A stretch of 64,000 bases of DNA from Chiloscyllium plagiosum (taxonomy: Eukaryota): NCBI RefSeq assembly GCF_004010195.1, contig NC_057718.1, forward strand, positions 28,959,792-29,023,791. The letters are read 5' to 3'. Position 1 is the stretch's first letter, and every line of letters starts with the position of its first letter. Made by a program: the position numbers and the translations under genes. Of this stretch, positions 24,549 through 37,949 are shown piece by piece. The notes under the pieces are model-generated. The model did no database searches. It was given only the letters and a program-made list of their open reading frames with translations, and was not told the DNA's origin.

Positions 24549-24979
24549 AATTGTCTTAAGAAAAGAGATTAAGTAGGTTGGGTCTGTACTCTTTGGAACT
24601 GAGAAGAGTGAGGAACATCTTATTAAACAATGTAAGAGTGTAATTAAACAATGTAAGAGTTAATGGGCTAGATGTGGGGAGGATGTTTCCTTTTCAGGGA
24701 GAGTCTAGGACCAGACGGCATATTCTCAGGGTATGGAGCCACCCATTAAGATGAGATAATAATTTCTCATCTGAAATGGAATTTAAGGTAATCTGTATGC
24801 ATAGTGCTCTAAAGGTTGGGTCATTAAAAATATTCAGGGCTGAGACAGGCAGATTTTTAATAAAGGGTTACAGGGAAAAGGGCAGAAACATAAACTGTGT
24901 CTGATCAGATCTGTCATGATCTGATTGAATGGTAGAGTTGGATCAATGGGTTAAATGCTCTACTTCTTCCCACACATCC

Positions 24980-25312
24980 TCACAGAATCCCGAGACTGCA
25001 GAAAGAGGATATTTGGCCCGAGTCTGCAGCGGCCCTCTGAAGAGCATCCCACTCAGACCCAGCCCACCATCCTATCCCCGTAACCCTTGTTAACCCACCT
25101 ATCCTATACATTTCCTGGACACTACAGGACAACTTTACCATAGCCAATCCACCTAAACTGCACATCTTTGGACTATAGGAGGCGACCGGAGCAGCCAGAG
25201 GAAACCCATGCAAACAGGGGAGAATGTGCAAACTCCACACAGGCAGAATTCAAACCAGTATACATGGCACTTTGAGGCAGCAGTGCTAACCACTGAGCCA
25301 CCTTGCTGCCCT
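24980..25312 (-). mobile_element. HE1-related SINE (older subfamily)
   Basis: A box tggctcagtgg and central tgtgtggagtttgcacattctccc core on the minus strand. Confidence 0.85.
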
Positions 25313-25924
25313 GTATAATCTTCTCCAGGGCCAGGGAAGGTCTTGAGCCAAAATGATTGCAAATGCACACTGACTGTTGCCATCAGAAATCCAAACTAAT
25401 CTGGCAACTTAACAGTGCATATTCTAGAATACAGCTAGCTAAGACAAACAGGATCACCAATGCATTTCAATGTCACCTTGGCTGGGAAGTTGTTAAGTTG
25501 CACATGGGTTAAAGTGATAATTAAATATAGCGACTTATTTATTTCATTACAGCGAATTCACACACTGCTGGGTGGCTGCAAATTCATCAGTTATACCCAT
25601 GGAATAAAAGATCCATCACATTACAATTTTATTTTCAATGAACATTGCAGATTAAACATCCTTTTTCATTACAATGATCCCATTCAGAAATCAATGTGGT
25701 TGTTGTGGTGGCATGAAGCAAGATTATGGTAATCTTACCCAACACTCTTTTGCTGTTTTAGAATCAATGTAAGTGTTGATGATCCAATTGACATGCAAAG
25801 CTAGAAAAAGAGCAACTATATTACATTAAAGGTCTAACGTAATATCTAGACACTAAAACAGAATAGCATTTTTATCCGTACTACCACTTGGGTTGAACTT
25901 AGAAACAAGTAAAAAGTGCATGTA

Positions 25925-26760
25925 GACTCACTGAATTTTACAGCACAGAAACAGGCCCTATGACCCATCATGTCTATCCAATCATCAAGCACTTATTTAG
26001 ACATTTTCCAGCACTTGGTTCATAACTATGTTTCAAATGTTCATCAGCTTGTCTCAAATGTTCATCTAAGTACCTCTCAAATGTTGTGATAGTACTCACC
26101 TTGACCAACTTTTCACGCAGTAAGCAGCAGGTACTCACCACCCATTGGGTGGAAACATTCTTCTTAAATCCACGCTAAACCTCTGGTCTTTACCTTAATT
26201 CTATGCTGCCTGGTTATTATCCCTTCGACTTAGGGGAAAATGTTTCTTCCTATTTATGCCCCTCATAATTCTGAATATATTCATACAGGTCCTGACTCAG
26301 CCTTCCCTGCTCTAAGGAAATTAGCTCCAGCCTATCTAGTTTCTTTTCATAGCTGAAACACTCCAGCCCAGCAAACATTCTGGTAAGTGTCCTCTGCACA
26401 CGGCCTAGTGCAATCATCTGTCGGGTGGTGACCAACATTGTATCACCTCACACTTGTCCAGCTTAAATTCTATTTGTCACTATTCTGCCCAGCCTGGCTA
26501 TATTAGCCCAAAATCTCAGGCTTTCCTCATCACTATTTATGTACAACATCACCAATTTTTACATCATCTGCAAACTTACCAATCAACCTCCTAGATTCAT
26601 GTCTAGATCAGTAATGAACACAACCAGCAGCAAGGGACCCAGCACTGAACCCTGAAGTACATCACTGGATACACTCGCTCACAAAAACAACACTCAACCA
26701 ATATCCTCTGCTACCTACCACTAAGCCAATCATGGATCCAATTTGTCAAATAGGCTTTTA
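25925..26760 (-). mobile_element. CR1 LINE 3' fragment
   Basis: IALGRVQRTLTRMFAGLECFSYEKKLDRL. Confidence 0.8.
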
Positions 26761-26810
26761 GCTTGCTGACTAGTCTCTTGTAACAGTGTTTCAAAACAAA
26801 TACAGTAAGT

Positions 26811-27090
26811 GTGGCACAGTGGCTCAGTGGTTAGCACTGTTGCCTCACAGTAGCAGGGTCCCAGGTTCAACTCTAGCCTTGGGCGACTGTCTGTGTGGAG
26901 TTTGCACATTCTCCCCATGTCCACGTGGGTTTCCTCCCACGGTCCAAAGATGTGCAGGCCAGGTAAATTGTCCATAATGTGAAGTGCACTAGTTAGAGGG
27001 AAGTGGGTCTGGGTGGGTTATCCTTTGGAGGGTCGGTGCGGATTGGTTGGGCTGAAGGGTCTGTTTCCAAGCTGTAGGTAATCTAATCTA
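26811..27090 (+). mobile_element. HE1-like SINE
   Basis: A box tggctcagtgg, B box ggttcaactc, (aatct)n tail. Confidence 0.88.
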
Positions 27091-27384
27091 ACTGAGTTAC
27101 AGTGACCAGAGTCAGTATTCGAATCAAATTGTTAATTCACTTTATAAAGTCTACATATCTTGCTAATACTAATGAATAATGTTCAACACAAATGCACCAT
27201 TATAACAGTGGCATTGCTGTGACTGTTTCGGAAAGACAAGAAAACAATATATGTACTGGCTTGTCACTTTGCAAGGAAGAAGAGGAGCTGAATATTTTTA
27301 AATGGAGAAAGACTGCAGAAAACGAAAGCACAGAGGGATTTGGGGGTCCTTATACATTAACCACAAAAAGCAAGTACACAAGTT

Positions 27385-27953
27385 TAACAAAACACCAGGT
27401 TATAGTCCAACAGGTTTATGTGAAAGCATTAGCTTTCAGAGCGCTGCTCCTTCATCAGGTGATTGTGATGAATAAGATTGTAAGACACAGAATTTATAGC
27501 AAAGGTTTACAGTGTGATGTAACTGAAATTATATATTGAAAAAGACCCGGATTGTTTGTTATGTCTCTCATCTTTTAAAATGACCATGCTAGTTTCAGTT
27601 CTTTCATATGTAAGTCACAAAACCTTTTTTAAAAAGTTACATTCTCAAGTGCACTTTAACAATTGGTGTCATGTCGGCCCAGATAAGGAATTGAAGGTGT
27701 TAACTCCCTGGATACATGGAACTATAACCTGGTTTTGTGTGATTTTTAACTTTGTAAAAACTGCATGAATCCATGTAAGATTCTGTAAATCTGTTTTTTT
27801 GATTAGAATCAGTCTGATCATTGCAGCACAGACAACCTCACAGGGAGCAGCGCTCTGAAAGCTAGTGCTTCCAAATAGACCTGTTGGACTGTAACCTGGT
27901 GTTGTGTGATTTCTAATTTTGTACACCCCAGTCCAACACCAACATCTCCAAAT
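27385..27953. mobile_element. Family-B PLE-derived element with inverted ends
   Basis: acaccaggttatagtccaacagg (27392) is inverted relative to cctgttggactgtaacctggtgt (27880); caagtt on both flanks; host CR1 resumes. Confidence 0.8.
27427..27462 (-). ncRNA. Minimal hammerhead ribozyme-like motif, family B
   Basis: Reverse complement: cac-CTGATGA-A-GGAGC-agc-GCTCT-GAAA-GC-TA-atg. The partner copy at 27843-27867 ends gaaagcta-gtg, which pairs with cac. Confidence 0.6.
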
Positions 27954-28061
27954 CAAGTTCAACAGGTATCAGGAAAGCAAATGGAATGTTCGCCTTTATT
28001 TCAAAGGGAATGAAGCATAAAAATGGGAAGATCTTGCTAAACTTATGCAGGGCACTAGCTA

Positions 28062-28158
28062 GAGTTGAAAAGTGTGGCATGGAAAAGCACAGCAGGTCAG
28101 GCAGCATCCTAGGAGCAGGAGACTCGACATTTTGGGCATAAGCCCTTCATCAGGAATG
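28062..28158 (-). mobile_element. Family-A PLE pseudo-LTR fragment
   Basis: gaaaagcacagcaggtcaggcagcatcc...gggcataagcccttcatcagga. Confidence 0.8.
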
Positions 28159-28799
28159 ACCACACCTAGAATACTCTGAACAACTATGGTCCCTTAATCT
28201 AAGGAAAGATATACTGGCATTAGAGATAGGTCAGAGAAGGTTCACTTTATGTTGATCCCAAGTAAGAGGGATTTTCCTATGAGATGTTCAGTAGGTTGGA
28301 CCTACTTTCATTGGAGTTTAGAAGAATGAGATCTTCCTGAAACATATAAGATTGTAGTGGGCTTGACAGGATAGATGTGGAAACGTTTTCTTCCCCCTCA
28401 TTTAAGAGTCTAGAGATCAAGGGCATAATATCAGAACAAGGGGTTGCACACTTAAGACAGAAATGGAGAGACATTTCTTCTCTCAGAGGGTAATGAATCT
28501 GTCGAATTCTTTACCACAGAGGGCAACAGAGGCCAAGTCATTAAGTATATTCAAGGCTGAGACAGATGGATTTTTAATCAGTAAGGGAATCAGGGTAATG
28601 TGGCAAAGGCAGGAAAGTGGAGTTGAGGATTATCTTTCTAGCCACCTAACTAGAGAAGCAGAGAGAACTTTAAAGTAACTGTCGGTGTAAGGGAGCAAAT
28701 TGGGGAACAAATGGCAAATCAAAGAATACAGTCAAGGCCAAAAAGAAAGGTAGCAATAGAGGAAATGATAAGCAGACTGATAGAAAGGGACACAGAGTA

Positions 28800-29830
28800 T
28801 GAACCAAAGAGGTAAGATCACAATGTACACAGAGAGCAGAAGGATAAAACTAAAGGCTCTCTACCTGAATACATGCAGTATTCAAAACACATGAACTCAC
28901 AGTGCAAATAAAACTGCATTATGATGATCTGGTCCCTAGCAGAGACATGGCTGCAAGATGGCATGGATTGGAACCTGAATCTTGAAAACTGCAGTACCTT
29001 TAGGAATGACTGAAAGCTTGGAAAAGATAGAGAGTATTTCTTTTAGTTAATAGGGATATTTGCACAATAGAGATGAATAGCTCTTTCAGGAAACCACAGC
29101 TTGGGCCAAAATGAGAAATGAAAAAGAAATGAAAAATTTACTTGTGGGAATGGTGTACAGGCTCCCTTACAGAAACCGTACAGTAGGGTGAGGCATAAGG
29201 GAAGAAATAGCAAGAGAGAGCTTGTCAGAAAGGCACAGCAATAATCATGGCAGTTTGTAATCTACATTTCAACTGGAATGGTCAGATGGGCAAAGGTAGC
29301 CTAGAAGAAGGGTCCATAGGATATGTCCAGAATAGTATATTAGAATAGCACATTCTGGAGCTGACCAGAGAGCAGGCTATTTTAGACTTGGTACTATGCA
29401 ATGAGATACATTTAATTAATTAACTCATTGTGAATGCCCTAAAGTTATAGCAACCATAATATATTTGAATTTTACACCCAGTTTGAGGGAGAAATGACTG
29501 GGACTGAGAATTTAAAAAAAAATTAAATAAGGATAATGATGAGAACATGAACGTAGAACTGGCTGAAGTTATTTAGTAAATTAGGTCAAAGGGTGGTCAA
29601 TAGAGATGCTGTGACAGACATCAAGGGAATATTACAGAATAGATACTTTCCAATGGGAAAAAAAATACAAGGGACAGAACTGCCATCTGTGATCAATTAG
29701 AAACTAAAGATGGCAATGGAAATAAAGAAAAAAGCGTACTATTTTGTAAAGATGGATAGCAGAAACAATTGACAAAATAGCAAAGAATGACTAAAAATTA
29801 TAGCATGAGAGAAAGCTAACTACGAGTGGA
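28800..29830 (+). mobile_element. Decayed CR1 ORF2 endonuclease region
   Basis: Reads LYLN, ETWL, YRLP and REQAILDLVLCNE-like motifs. Confidence 0.75.
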
Positions 29831-29939
29831 AAAATCTACAGCAAAACAGTGGTGAGGGAAGGTTCAAAAAGGAAATGGGGACAATAATCTCCAGGCCCAA
29901 CATATTCCCTTGAGGGTGACATGTAACAGCAACACTGGA

Positions 29940-32900
29940 TATCTACAAATATTTGACTGAAGGAAAAGAGAGGATTTTAACAGGTACAATGGGAGAAAAT
30001 CAACAGATGCCCTAGTGAAATATAGAAAGTACAGGGGAACTTAAGAAAGTAATTAGGAGAGCGAAGAGGTGTCATGAAAGCACACTGGCGGATAAAACTA
30101 TGGTGAATCCCAAGTATTCTGTAAGTATACCACGGTGAAATGATAACCAGGAAAAGAGTAGGGCCCATTAGGAACAAAGGGGGCAATCTGTGCATGAAGC
30201 CAGAGGACACTGCCAGAGTGTTAAATAAGTACTTCACATCTGTCTTTACTTGGGACAAAGAGAACGTAGGAATAGAATCCGGAGAGAGGGACTGTGATGT
30301 TCTTCAGCAGATTGATAGTCCGTATAAGGACTGAACTGCCAGAGGAAGTGGTGGAAGCAGGTACATTTACAACATTTGAAAGGCATCTGAATGGGTATGT
30401 GATCAGGAAGTGCTGGCAAATGGGACTAGGTCAATTTTGGAAATCTGGTCAGCATTGACAAGTTGGACCAAAGGAACTGGAACCATGCTGTATGACACTA
30501 TGTCTCTGTGATATAGGGTCGAAGGAGATAATGAGATTTTAGCAGGCTTAAAATTGAACAGATCCCCAGGTCACAGCGAGCTGGATCCTAGGTTGCTGTG
30601 GGAGGTCAGAGACAAATAAAGGGCCTCTGATCCAAATTTTTAAATCTTCTCTGGCCAGATGGCAGATGCCAGAAGACTGGAGGACAGCTCATGTGGTTCC
30701 ACTTTACAAGAAGGATGATAGGGATAAACCAGGGAATTACAGACCATTGATTCTCACATCAGTGGTAAGGAAACAATTACAAAACTTTCTGAAGAACAGA
30801 ATCAATCTTCACTTTGACAGGGAAGGTTTGTTCAGGGATTATCAGCATGGCTTTATCAGAGGCCATATCTAACAAATTTGGTACAGTTTTTTGAGGTGGT
30901 GATCAGGTTTGCAGATAAAGGTAGTGAGGTTAATGTAGTTTACATGGATTTCTGCAAACCTTTTGACAAGATTCCCACATGGGGGATTAATAAAGAAGGT
31001 AAAAGTATGGGATCCAGGATAACTTGGCAAGACGTATTTATAGTTGGCCTAGTGGTAGGAGACACTATTTGTGTGACTGAAGGCCGGTGACCAGTAATAT
31101 ACCATTGGGATCAATACTGAGTCCCTTATTGTTCATGATATATATATATAACCAATGTAGGGGGGAATATAACTAAGTTGCAGGTGATATGAAGATTGGC
31201 TTGGGGGATAAATAGTGATGATGAAGGTCTTCAATTACAGAAAAATATAAAAGGGTTGATCAGATGGATAGATCAGTGGCAGATGGAATTTACCCTGAAA
31301 AGGATGTTACCAGGACTCAGTGGTCTGAGTTATAGGGAGAGGTTAGACAAGCTAGGACTTTTTTTCTTTGGAACATAGGTGACTGATGCGGTAGTGCCGG
31401 GGGGATGGAATCTTACAGAACTGTATAAGATCATGAGAGGTATGACTAGGGTGAATGCACTCAACTTTTTTCCCAGGGTTGGGGAAATCGAGGACAAAAG
31501 GGCATCAGTTTAACATTATAGGGGAAAGAATAAAAGGGAACCTGAGGGCAACCTTTTTACACCTTTTTATGCACATGGAATGAGCTGCCAGTGGAAGTGG
31601 GTGAGGTGGGTAGTTTAACAATATTTTAAAGGCATTTGGACAAATACATGGATAGGAAAGGTTTAGGAAGATATGGGCCAAATGCAGAGAAATGTGTTTC
31701 GCGTGGATGGATATTTTGTGCGGCTTGGGCCAAAGGGCCTGTCTCCATCCTGCAGGACTCTATGACTCCAAGTGTAAGGTGAGGCACTTTGGAAGAACAA
31801 GACAAGGGAGTACTCAATGAATTAAAGGACTCCAGGAAGCCAAAGAGAAACAGAGGGATCTTGGGGTGCTTGCCCACAAACCTCTTAAGGTGGCAGGACA
31901 TGTAGATAAGTCAATTAAGAAGGTGTACAGGACACTTGCCTTTATCAGTCATGGCAAAAATGTAATAACAGGGAGGTTATATTGGGGCTGTACAAAACTT
32001 TGGTTAAGTCATAGTTGGAGTACAATATGCAGTTTTGGTCACCACACGATAGGAAGGGTGCGAATGCATTGGAGGGGTACGTTGGAGATTCACCAGGATG
32101 TTGCCTGAGTTGGAGCATTTTTGGATAGGCTTGAGTTGTTTTCTTTAGAGCAGAGAAGTCTGAGGGGGTCCTGACTGAAGCATACAAGATTAGGAGGGGC
32201 ATGGACAAGATAGGTAGGAAGCAGCTGTTCCCATGAGTTGAAGGGTCAATAGTGAGGGGATATCAAGGTGAAGGGCAGGAGGTTTAGAGGGAATTTGAGG
32301 AAAAATATTTTCACCCGGGGATAGTGAAAATCTGGAATGCACCTCCTGGGAGGGTAGTAGAGGCAGGAAACCTAAAAGCTTTAAACATTATGTGGATGAA
32401 CATGTGAAATGTCATAATATTCAAGGCTATGGGTAAAGTGCTGGGAATTGTGAATGGTGTTGAAAGGTTGCCATAGACTTGAAGGGCCGAAGGGCCTCTT
32501 GTGTGCTGTATGGCTCCGTGCTTATAATTTATACAAATGATTTAGATGAAGGATTGGAGGGTGTAGTTGTGAAATTTGCTGACAAACTAAAAATAAGCAG
32601 GAAAGTAAGTTGTGAAGGGGACTTAAGGGGATAAAATAAGGAAGAATAAAATAAGAAGCCTATTATCTAAATGATGAGAGATTTGCAGTGCTCTCAGATG
32701 CAGAGGGATCTGGACATCCTCGAGTATGAATCACAAAAGATCAACATGCAGGTAATGCAAATGATTAGGAAAGCTGATCAAATGTTATTTATTGCAAAGG
32801 GAAGTGAATAAAAACAGGGAAGTGATGCTTTTATTACTCAGAGCACATCTGGAATATAGTGCACTTAAGAAATGACTTAAATGTTTGGAGGCAGGCCAGA

Positions 32901-33270
32901 GAAGGTTTACCTAGTCTAATACCTGAAACAGGTGTTTTTTCTTATTAGGAAAGGTTGGATTGTAAATGGAATTAAGAAGAGTAAGAGGTGACTAAATTGT
33001 AACTAATCTTGACAGGATAGATATGAAGAGGATGTTTCCTCTTGTGGGAAAATCTAGAACTCTTGTTCACCGTTTAAAAACCAAGGGGGTGCCCATTAAA
33101 ACAGACATCAGGTGAAATCTTTTCTCTGAGGACCACGAATCATTTAAACTCTCATCCTGAAAAGGTGGTAGAGACAGAATCCATGAATATTTTTAAGGCA
33201 GATGTAAATAAATTCTTGTAAGCAAAGGCTTGGGGTAGGTGGGAATGTGGATTTGAGGTTTGAAACAGAT
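29940..33270 (+). mobile_element. Cluster of nested CR1 LINE fragments
   Basis: PEDWRTAHVVPLYKK..NYRPLILTSVV, YMDFCKPFDKIP; internal 3' ends at ~30510, 31768 and 32520. Confidence 0.85.
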
Positions 33271-33280
33271 TAGCTACGAT

Positions 33281-33581
33281 TAGATTAGAATACAGTGTGG
33301 AAACAGGCCCTTCGGCCCAACAAGTCCACACCGACCCGCCGAAGCGAAACCCACCCATACATTTACCCCTTACCTAAGACTACGGGCAATTTAGTATGGC
33401 CAATTCACCTGACCCTGCACATCTTTGGACTCTGGGAGGAAACCGGAGCACCCGGAGGAAACCCACGCAGACACGGGGAGAACGTGCAAACTCCACACAG
33501 TCAGTCGCCTAAGGCGGGAATTGAACCCGGGTCTCTGGCGCTGTGAGGCAGCAGTGCTAACCACTGTGCCACCGTGCCGCC
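33281..33581 (-). mobile_element. Young HE1-like SINE
   Basis: Intact A and B boxes, CpG-rich, TSD tagc(t/g)acgat (33271-33280, 33583-33592). Confidence 0.93.
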
Positions 33582-34016
33582 CTAGCGACGATCTAGCGAC
33601 AGAGTAGACTGGAGGAGCTGAATTGCCCAGATCTGTTCATGAATCATGTTGGCATAGTCTAGCTTAGTCAAATTCTTCATCAGAATCAGAATCATTGTCT
33701 ATACTATTTATCCTTTCATTTTTCCTTTATTCTAAACTTTTCTCCAGCAATACCAATGTTGTCGAATTTTCTTTTCTCTTTGCAGAATGACATATAAATT
33801 TCTTTTCCTTTGATTTTTCTTTCTCCTCACTTTCATATTCAAGCTTTCTTATTTCAATTCTTTTCCCTTTGTTTCTATGTCTTGTCCATTATTTCATTCT
33901 CTCCTCCTTTAATTTCTAAATCAAGTATTTTTTTCCCCCACTTTTAACTGAATCTTAGCTATCTCACCAAGGGTGCCAGCTGACAGCAATACTGGACAAG
34001 TCAGAAGCAAATGAAG

Positions 34017-34320
34017 GGTGGCACAGTGGTTAGCACTGCTGCCTCACAGCGCCAGAGACCCGGGTTCAATTCCCGCCTCAGGCGACTCTCTGTGTGGAGT
34101 TTGCACATTCTCCCCGTGTCTGCATGGGTTTCCTCCGGGTGCTCCGGTTTCCTCCCACAGTCCAAAAATGTGCAGGTTAGGTGAGTTGGCCATGATAAAT
34201 TGCCTGTAGTGTTAAATGTAGGGGAACGGGTCTGGGTGGGTTACGCTTCGGCGGGTCGGTGTGGACTTGTTGGGCCGAAGGGCCTGTTTCCACACTGGAA
34301 GTAATCTAATCTAATCTAAT
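34017..34320 (+). mobile_element. Young HE1-like SINE
   Basis: A box TGGCACAGTGG, B box GGTTCAATTCC, (aatct)n tail, TSD caaatgaag (34008-34016, 34321-34329). Confidence 0.95.
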
Positions 34321-35189
34321 CAAATGAAGTTTGCCTTGATAGATCTTAAGTTTTACTTATGCATTTTATTTACAATGGTAAATTAGTCACTGAACATATT
34401 TCTAAGAGACTGCCAAATACTTTAAACAAAAGAACAATGACATTTGTAGCACAAGAAGAACACAAAATCGTATGCGTATGACAATTTTGTAAGATCTTAC
34501 CTCAAAAATAAAACAAACCTACTCTGCAGCAACAGCCTTTACAGACACTCAAGGCCATTGAAATGTCTCTTTAACTTTACTCCTTAAGTTTCACACTCAA
34601 TTGATGAGGTTGTCCTTTCGACAATTTTCTGCACATTCACCAGATGTGATTCTCGCTGTTATCTGAGGTACACTGACAGAGGCTAACTCACTGACTTTTC
34701 TCACAGAACTCTAAGCAATGAAAACAAGGCTTTTTCCAACTTCTTCAATTACCCTTCACCTGCTAAGCAGCACATTTGTTGGTATTGTCCTTTTCAACTG
34801 AAATGAACCTTTTTTTTGACCTCTCCATCTGGTAATAAAAGATCAACACAGTAAACACTTCAACAACTTATCACCAGATAGCTTATCTCATCAATTAACT
34901 AAAGTTACATGATTTCATGGAAATGCTGTTTTGATCCAGTACGAATAAAAACTTTCTGACCCATAGAAAATGCAAGTCACGCGCACAAAATGCAAGTTCC
35001 CAAATAATAATAATGCATTATAAACCACTGATTTGGATGTGCTCTATGTAACTGCCCATTGTACACCATTTGAAGTTCAAACAGCATTTCTTGAGGTGAC
35101 TTTGGCATCCTTTTCTTGGAGTTCTATAGACCTAAAATGTCAGCATTCCACTAACCTTTGATCAGTTTCTGTGCCTGCCTATGAGATGT

Positions 35190-35900
35190 AATGACACATT
35201 TACAAGACTCTTTGGACCTCCACTCTATCTTAATTTTCATCATTTACATTTCCTTACATTCTAACTGGATGATCTCAGAGTTGATTGCAATCCATTTGGC
35301 ACAACATTCCTATTCACTTGATCTAGCAATATCTCTTTGCAGTTCCATGCTTCCATCAACACTGCTAACAATGTCCTCTGTCCTTGAGCCATCAGTAATT
35401 TGAATATGTGGCTCTATATCTTATCATTTAAATTGTTGAACTGATACATTCATGGCATCACTCATCACTTCCGACCAATTAGTGTACCTGTTCATCAACA
35501 CTATTCTCTATCTCCGCTCAGTCAATATTCTAATTAGGCCAATAATTTGGCCTCAATTCCATGGGCTTCAAATTTAACTAATGGTCTCAAGTGAGAGACT
35601 TTATTAAATGTCTTCTGCAAGTCCATATAAATAACATCATGGAGAGTCTTCTTTAGTTTAGTCATCGCTTCAAAAAAAGTAACCAATCAGATCAGGCATT
35701 ACCAAGCAGAACCTACTCTTTACAAATGCATTCTGAGTCACTCCAATCATTTAAGAACTTGTAATGTGCTAAGACAATATATCCTTAATTATGCATTCTA
35801 ATAATTTCTGTCAATAGCTGATTGGTCAACTGATCTTAATTTCCTGGGTTCCTCGCTAAGTTCTTTAAATAACAGAATGGAAGCTCAATTTTCCAATCTG
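35190..35900 (-). mobile_element. Old CR1 LINE fragment
   Basis: ttattaaatgtcttctgcaagtccatata is the reverse complement of a YMDLQKTFNK (YxDFxKAFDK-like) motif. Confidence 0.6.
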
Positions 35901-37949
35901 AAGAGCAGTCCTTGAATTGAGAGAATATAGGTTCTCTGTCCTGCATGGCTCATCAAACATCATTGTAATTATTCCCATACTGGATTCTGCCTCCTTGTCC
36001 TCAACATACCTTAAGAACAGCTGCTCTGTGTTGTTCAGCCTCATGGCACTGTCTGCTTGGCTCCACTCTCTTGTATCCAATTGCAGCCATAATATCAGAA
36101 GCAATATGTTCTCTTTGCTAACTGTACTGGCACGCTGCAGTTATCCAATAATTCATTTTTAGTTTACTCTCTTTCCTCTTTGGTAAAATTAGTGCTAGTG
36201 TTAACAGAGCTGAGGTGAGTATGGGAAAAAAATACACTTGACTATTGTTGTTGTAAGAACCATATTTATGATGGCAGACATATCAAGATTCAATTACCAT
36301 TATGTGCTTTTTTTAGTATCTGAGACCTCAATTGACTTAAATGATTTATAATAAAGAACAAATACAGATCTAAAATGGTTGTAATGATCACCTGACCACA
36401 GATGAAAGCAAGCTTTGTGAAACCAATGTCACTCATCCCAAAGGGGTCTCTCATAATGACATTACCAATTATTCCTATCCCATTGCATAATAGTTAGTGT
36501 AAGACGGCCTGCTCTGCATGTTTGATGTCATATTTTATCTTTTTCAGGGTAGTTTGTGATAAACTCCTCTTTTCCTTCACTCTAGAAAACCTTACAATTT
36601 GGCTCTTTGTATTAATTTAGTTAATTACATTCCATTTGAAGTGTGATAGCTACATGTTTAATAAGAAATAAAAATATTTTTTATGACCAACCATGAGAGA
36701 ATTAAGAGGGGAATTGATATTCCCTCCTCAGCTGATCATAACAACATCATAAATTATCTCATCATGATTAGTAAAGAATTACAAATTCTCTAATGTTGAA
36801 AAGCTGTAATATGAATAATTGTTTTGCCAAACTGATTTTCTAGGCATTTAGCATGGCTCTCACGTACTAATTCTTTATTCACCATGAACATACTTAACTC
36901 ACTTTTTACTCTTTAAATTTTTTATTGCCAGTTATACTAAATTATTATAAGACATACACTGTTGATAAACACAGAGCATTTAAAAGGTTACATCTCATGG
37001 GATTAATGGCAATTTAGTGAGCAGGATTGGATTAAATATTGCTTTGGCATTAAAAGGAAGAAACAAAATAACGATATGTGGAAAGGGCCTGTCTGGAAGG
37101 AAGTGACAGAGTTCTCTTATCCTTGCACTCCATCATTCACACCATTCGTAGACAATTTAGAAGAAAGCTAATCTTCATATTACATTTTGTGGCCAAATGA
37201 CACAATATACAGGAGACAGAGACAGAATTTACTAATAAAAATAAATCAAAGAACTGTACAGGATATTACACCATAGAAATATATTGCTCAGCTCAAATGA
37301 TCGATGCCGTACTTAAAATATGAGGGCCAGTGTGCAACTCCACTCCTGAAGATCAGAGGAAATTCATTCACAAGTGTGACCAGAAGAAAGTAAGATAGAA
37401 GGAAATGGTGAGGAGCTGATCTTCTAATCACAGGTTAGTTCTCTGCCATGCTTGTTGGTGATAGGTTCACTACTGAATAAGCGCTGGAGAGAAGCAACCT
37501 TTGTTTGGAGAAGCAGCAAGTAGTTATGTGATGGGAATGAGCAAGTCCCCACAGGACAAAGCCCAGGTAGGGGGTGTTCAGCCGCAATTTTGCTGAGACC
37601 AGGATGGGAAACTGTTGCCAGCAGCAGCCTTTATTCAACACCCACCCAAAGCTGTGAAGAGGAGCAGCTTCCTGACGAACTGCCAGGTCCAGAGGCAGGG
37701 AGTCAAGATACTGCAAGGGGTGGGGAGGTGAGGGGATGGGGGGAGAAGACAAGCTGGCAGCAGGCTGCTGGGACAATATTGGTGAGCTGTAAGAGAGCTA
37801 GGGGAGACAGTGAGAGGCTACTAGGCGACTGGGAATATTAAGGGAAGCTGTTGGTGTTCTCTTGTTTGGGGTTCAGGGGGTTTGTGGAAGACAAGGGACC
37901 TGGGTGAGCACGAGAGGCAACAGAAATTGGGGGAGTGGGTGAAGAGTGT

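Larger units (their letters stand above)
22490..24975 (+). mobile_element. Decayed CR1 LINE ORF2 to 3' UTR, with nested insertions
   Basis: Degenerate RT motifs (aattatagg, ttccaaaaggcacttgataag, gcctgggccacaattattt) and CR1 tail at ~24900-24970. Confidence 0.8.
27270..28640 (+). mobile_element. CR1 LINE 3' portion with two PLE-derived insertions
   Basis: MERHFFSQRVMNLSNSLPQRATEAKSLSIFKAETD. Confidence 0.8.

Noticed and set aside
34017..34090. tRNA gene
   Set aside because: A and B boxes belong to a SINE head followed by SINE body, tail and TSD.
34500..34663. Minus-strand exon ending GAG|gtaaga
   Set aside because: Stops in all three frames; no supporting neighbouring exons.
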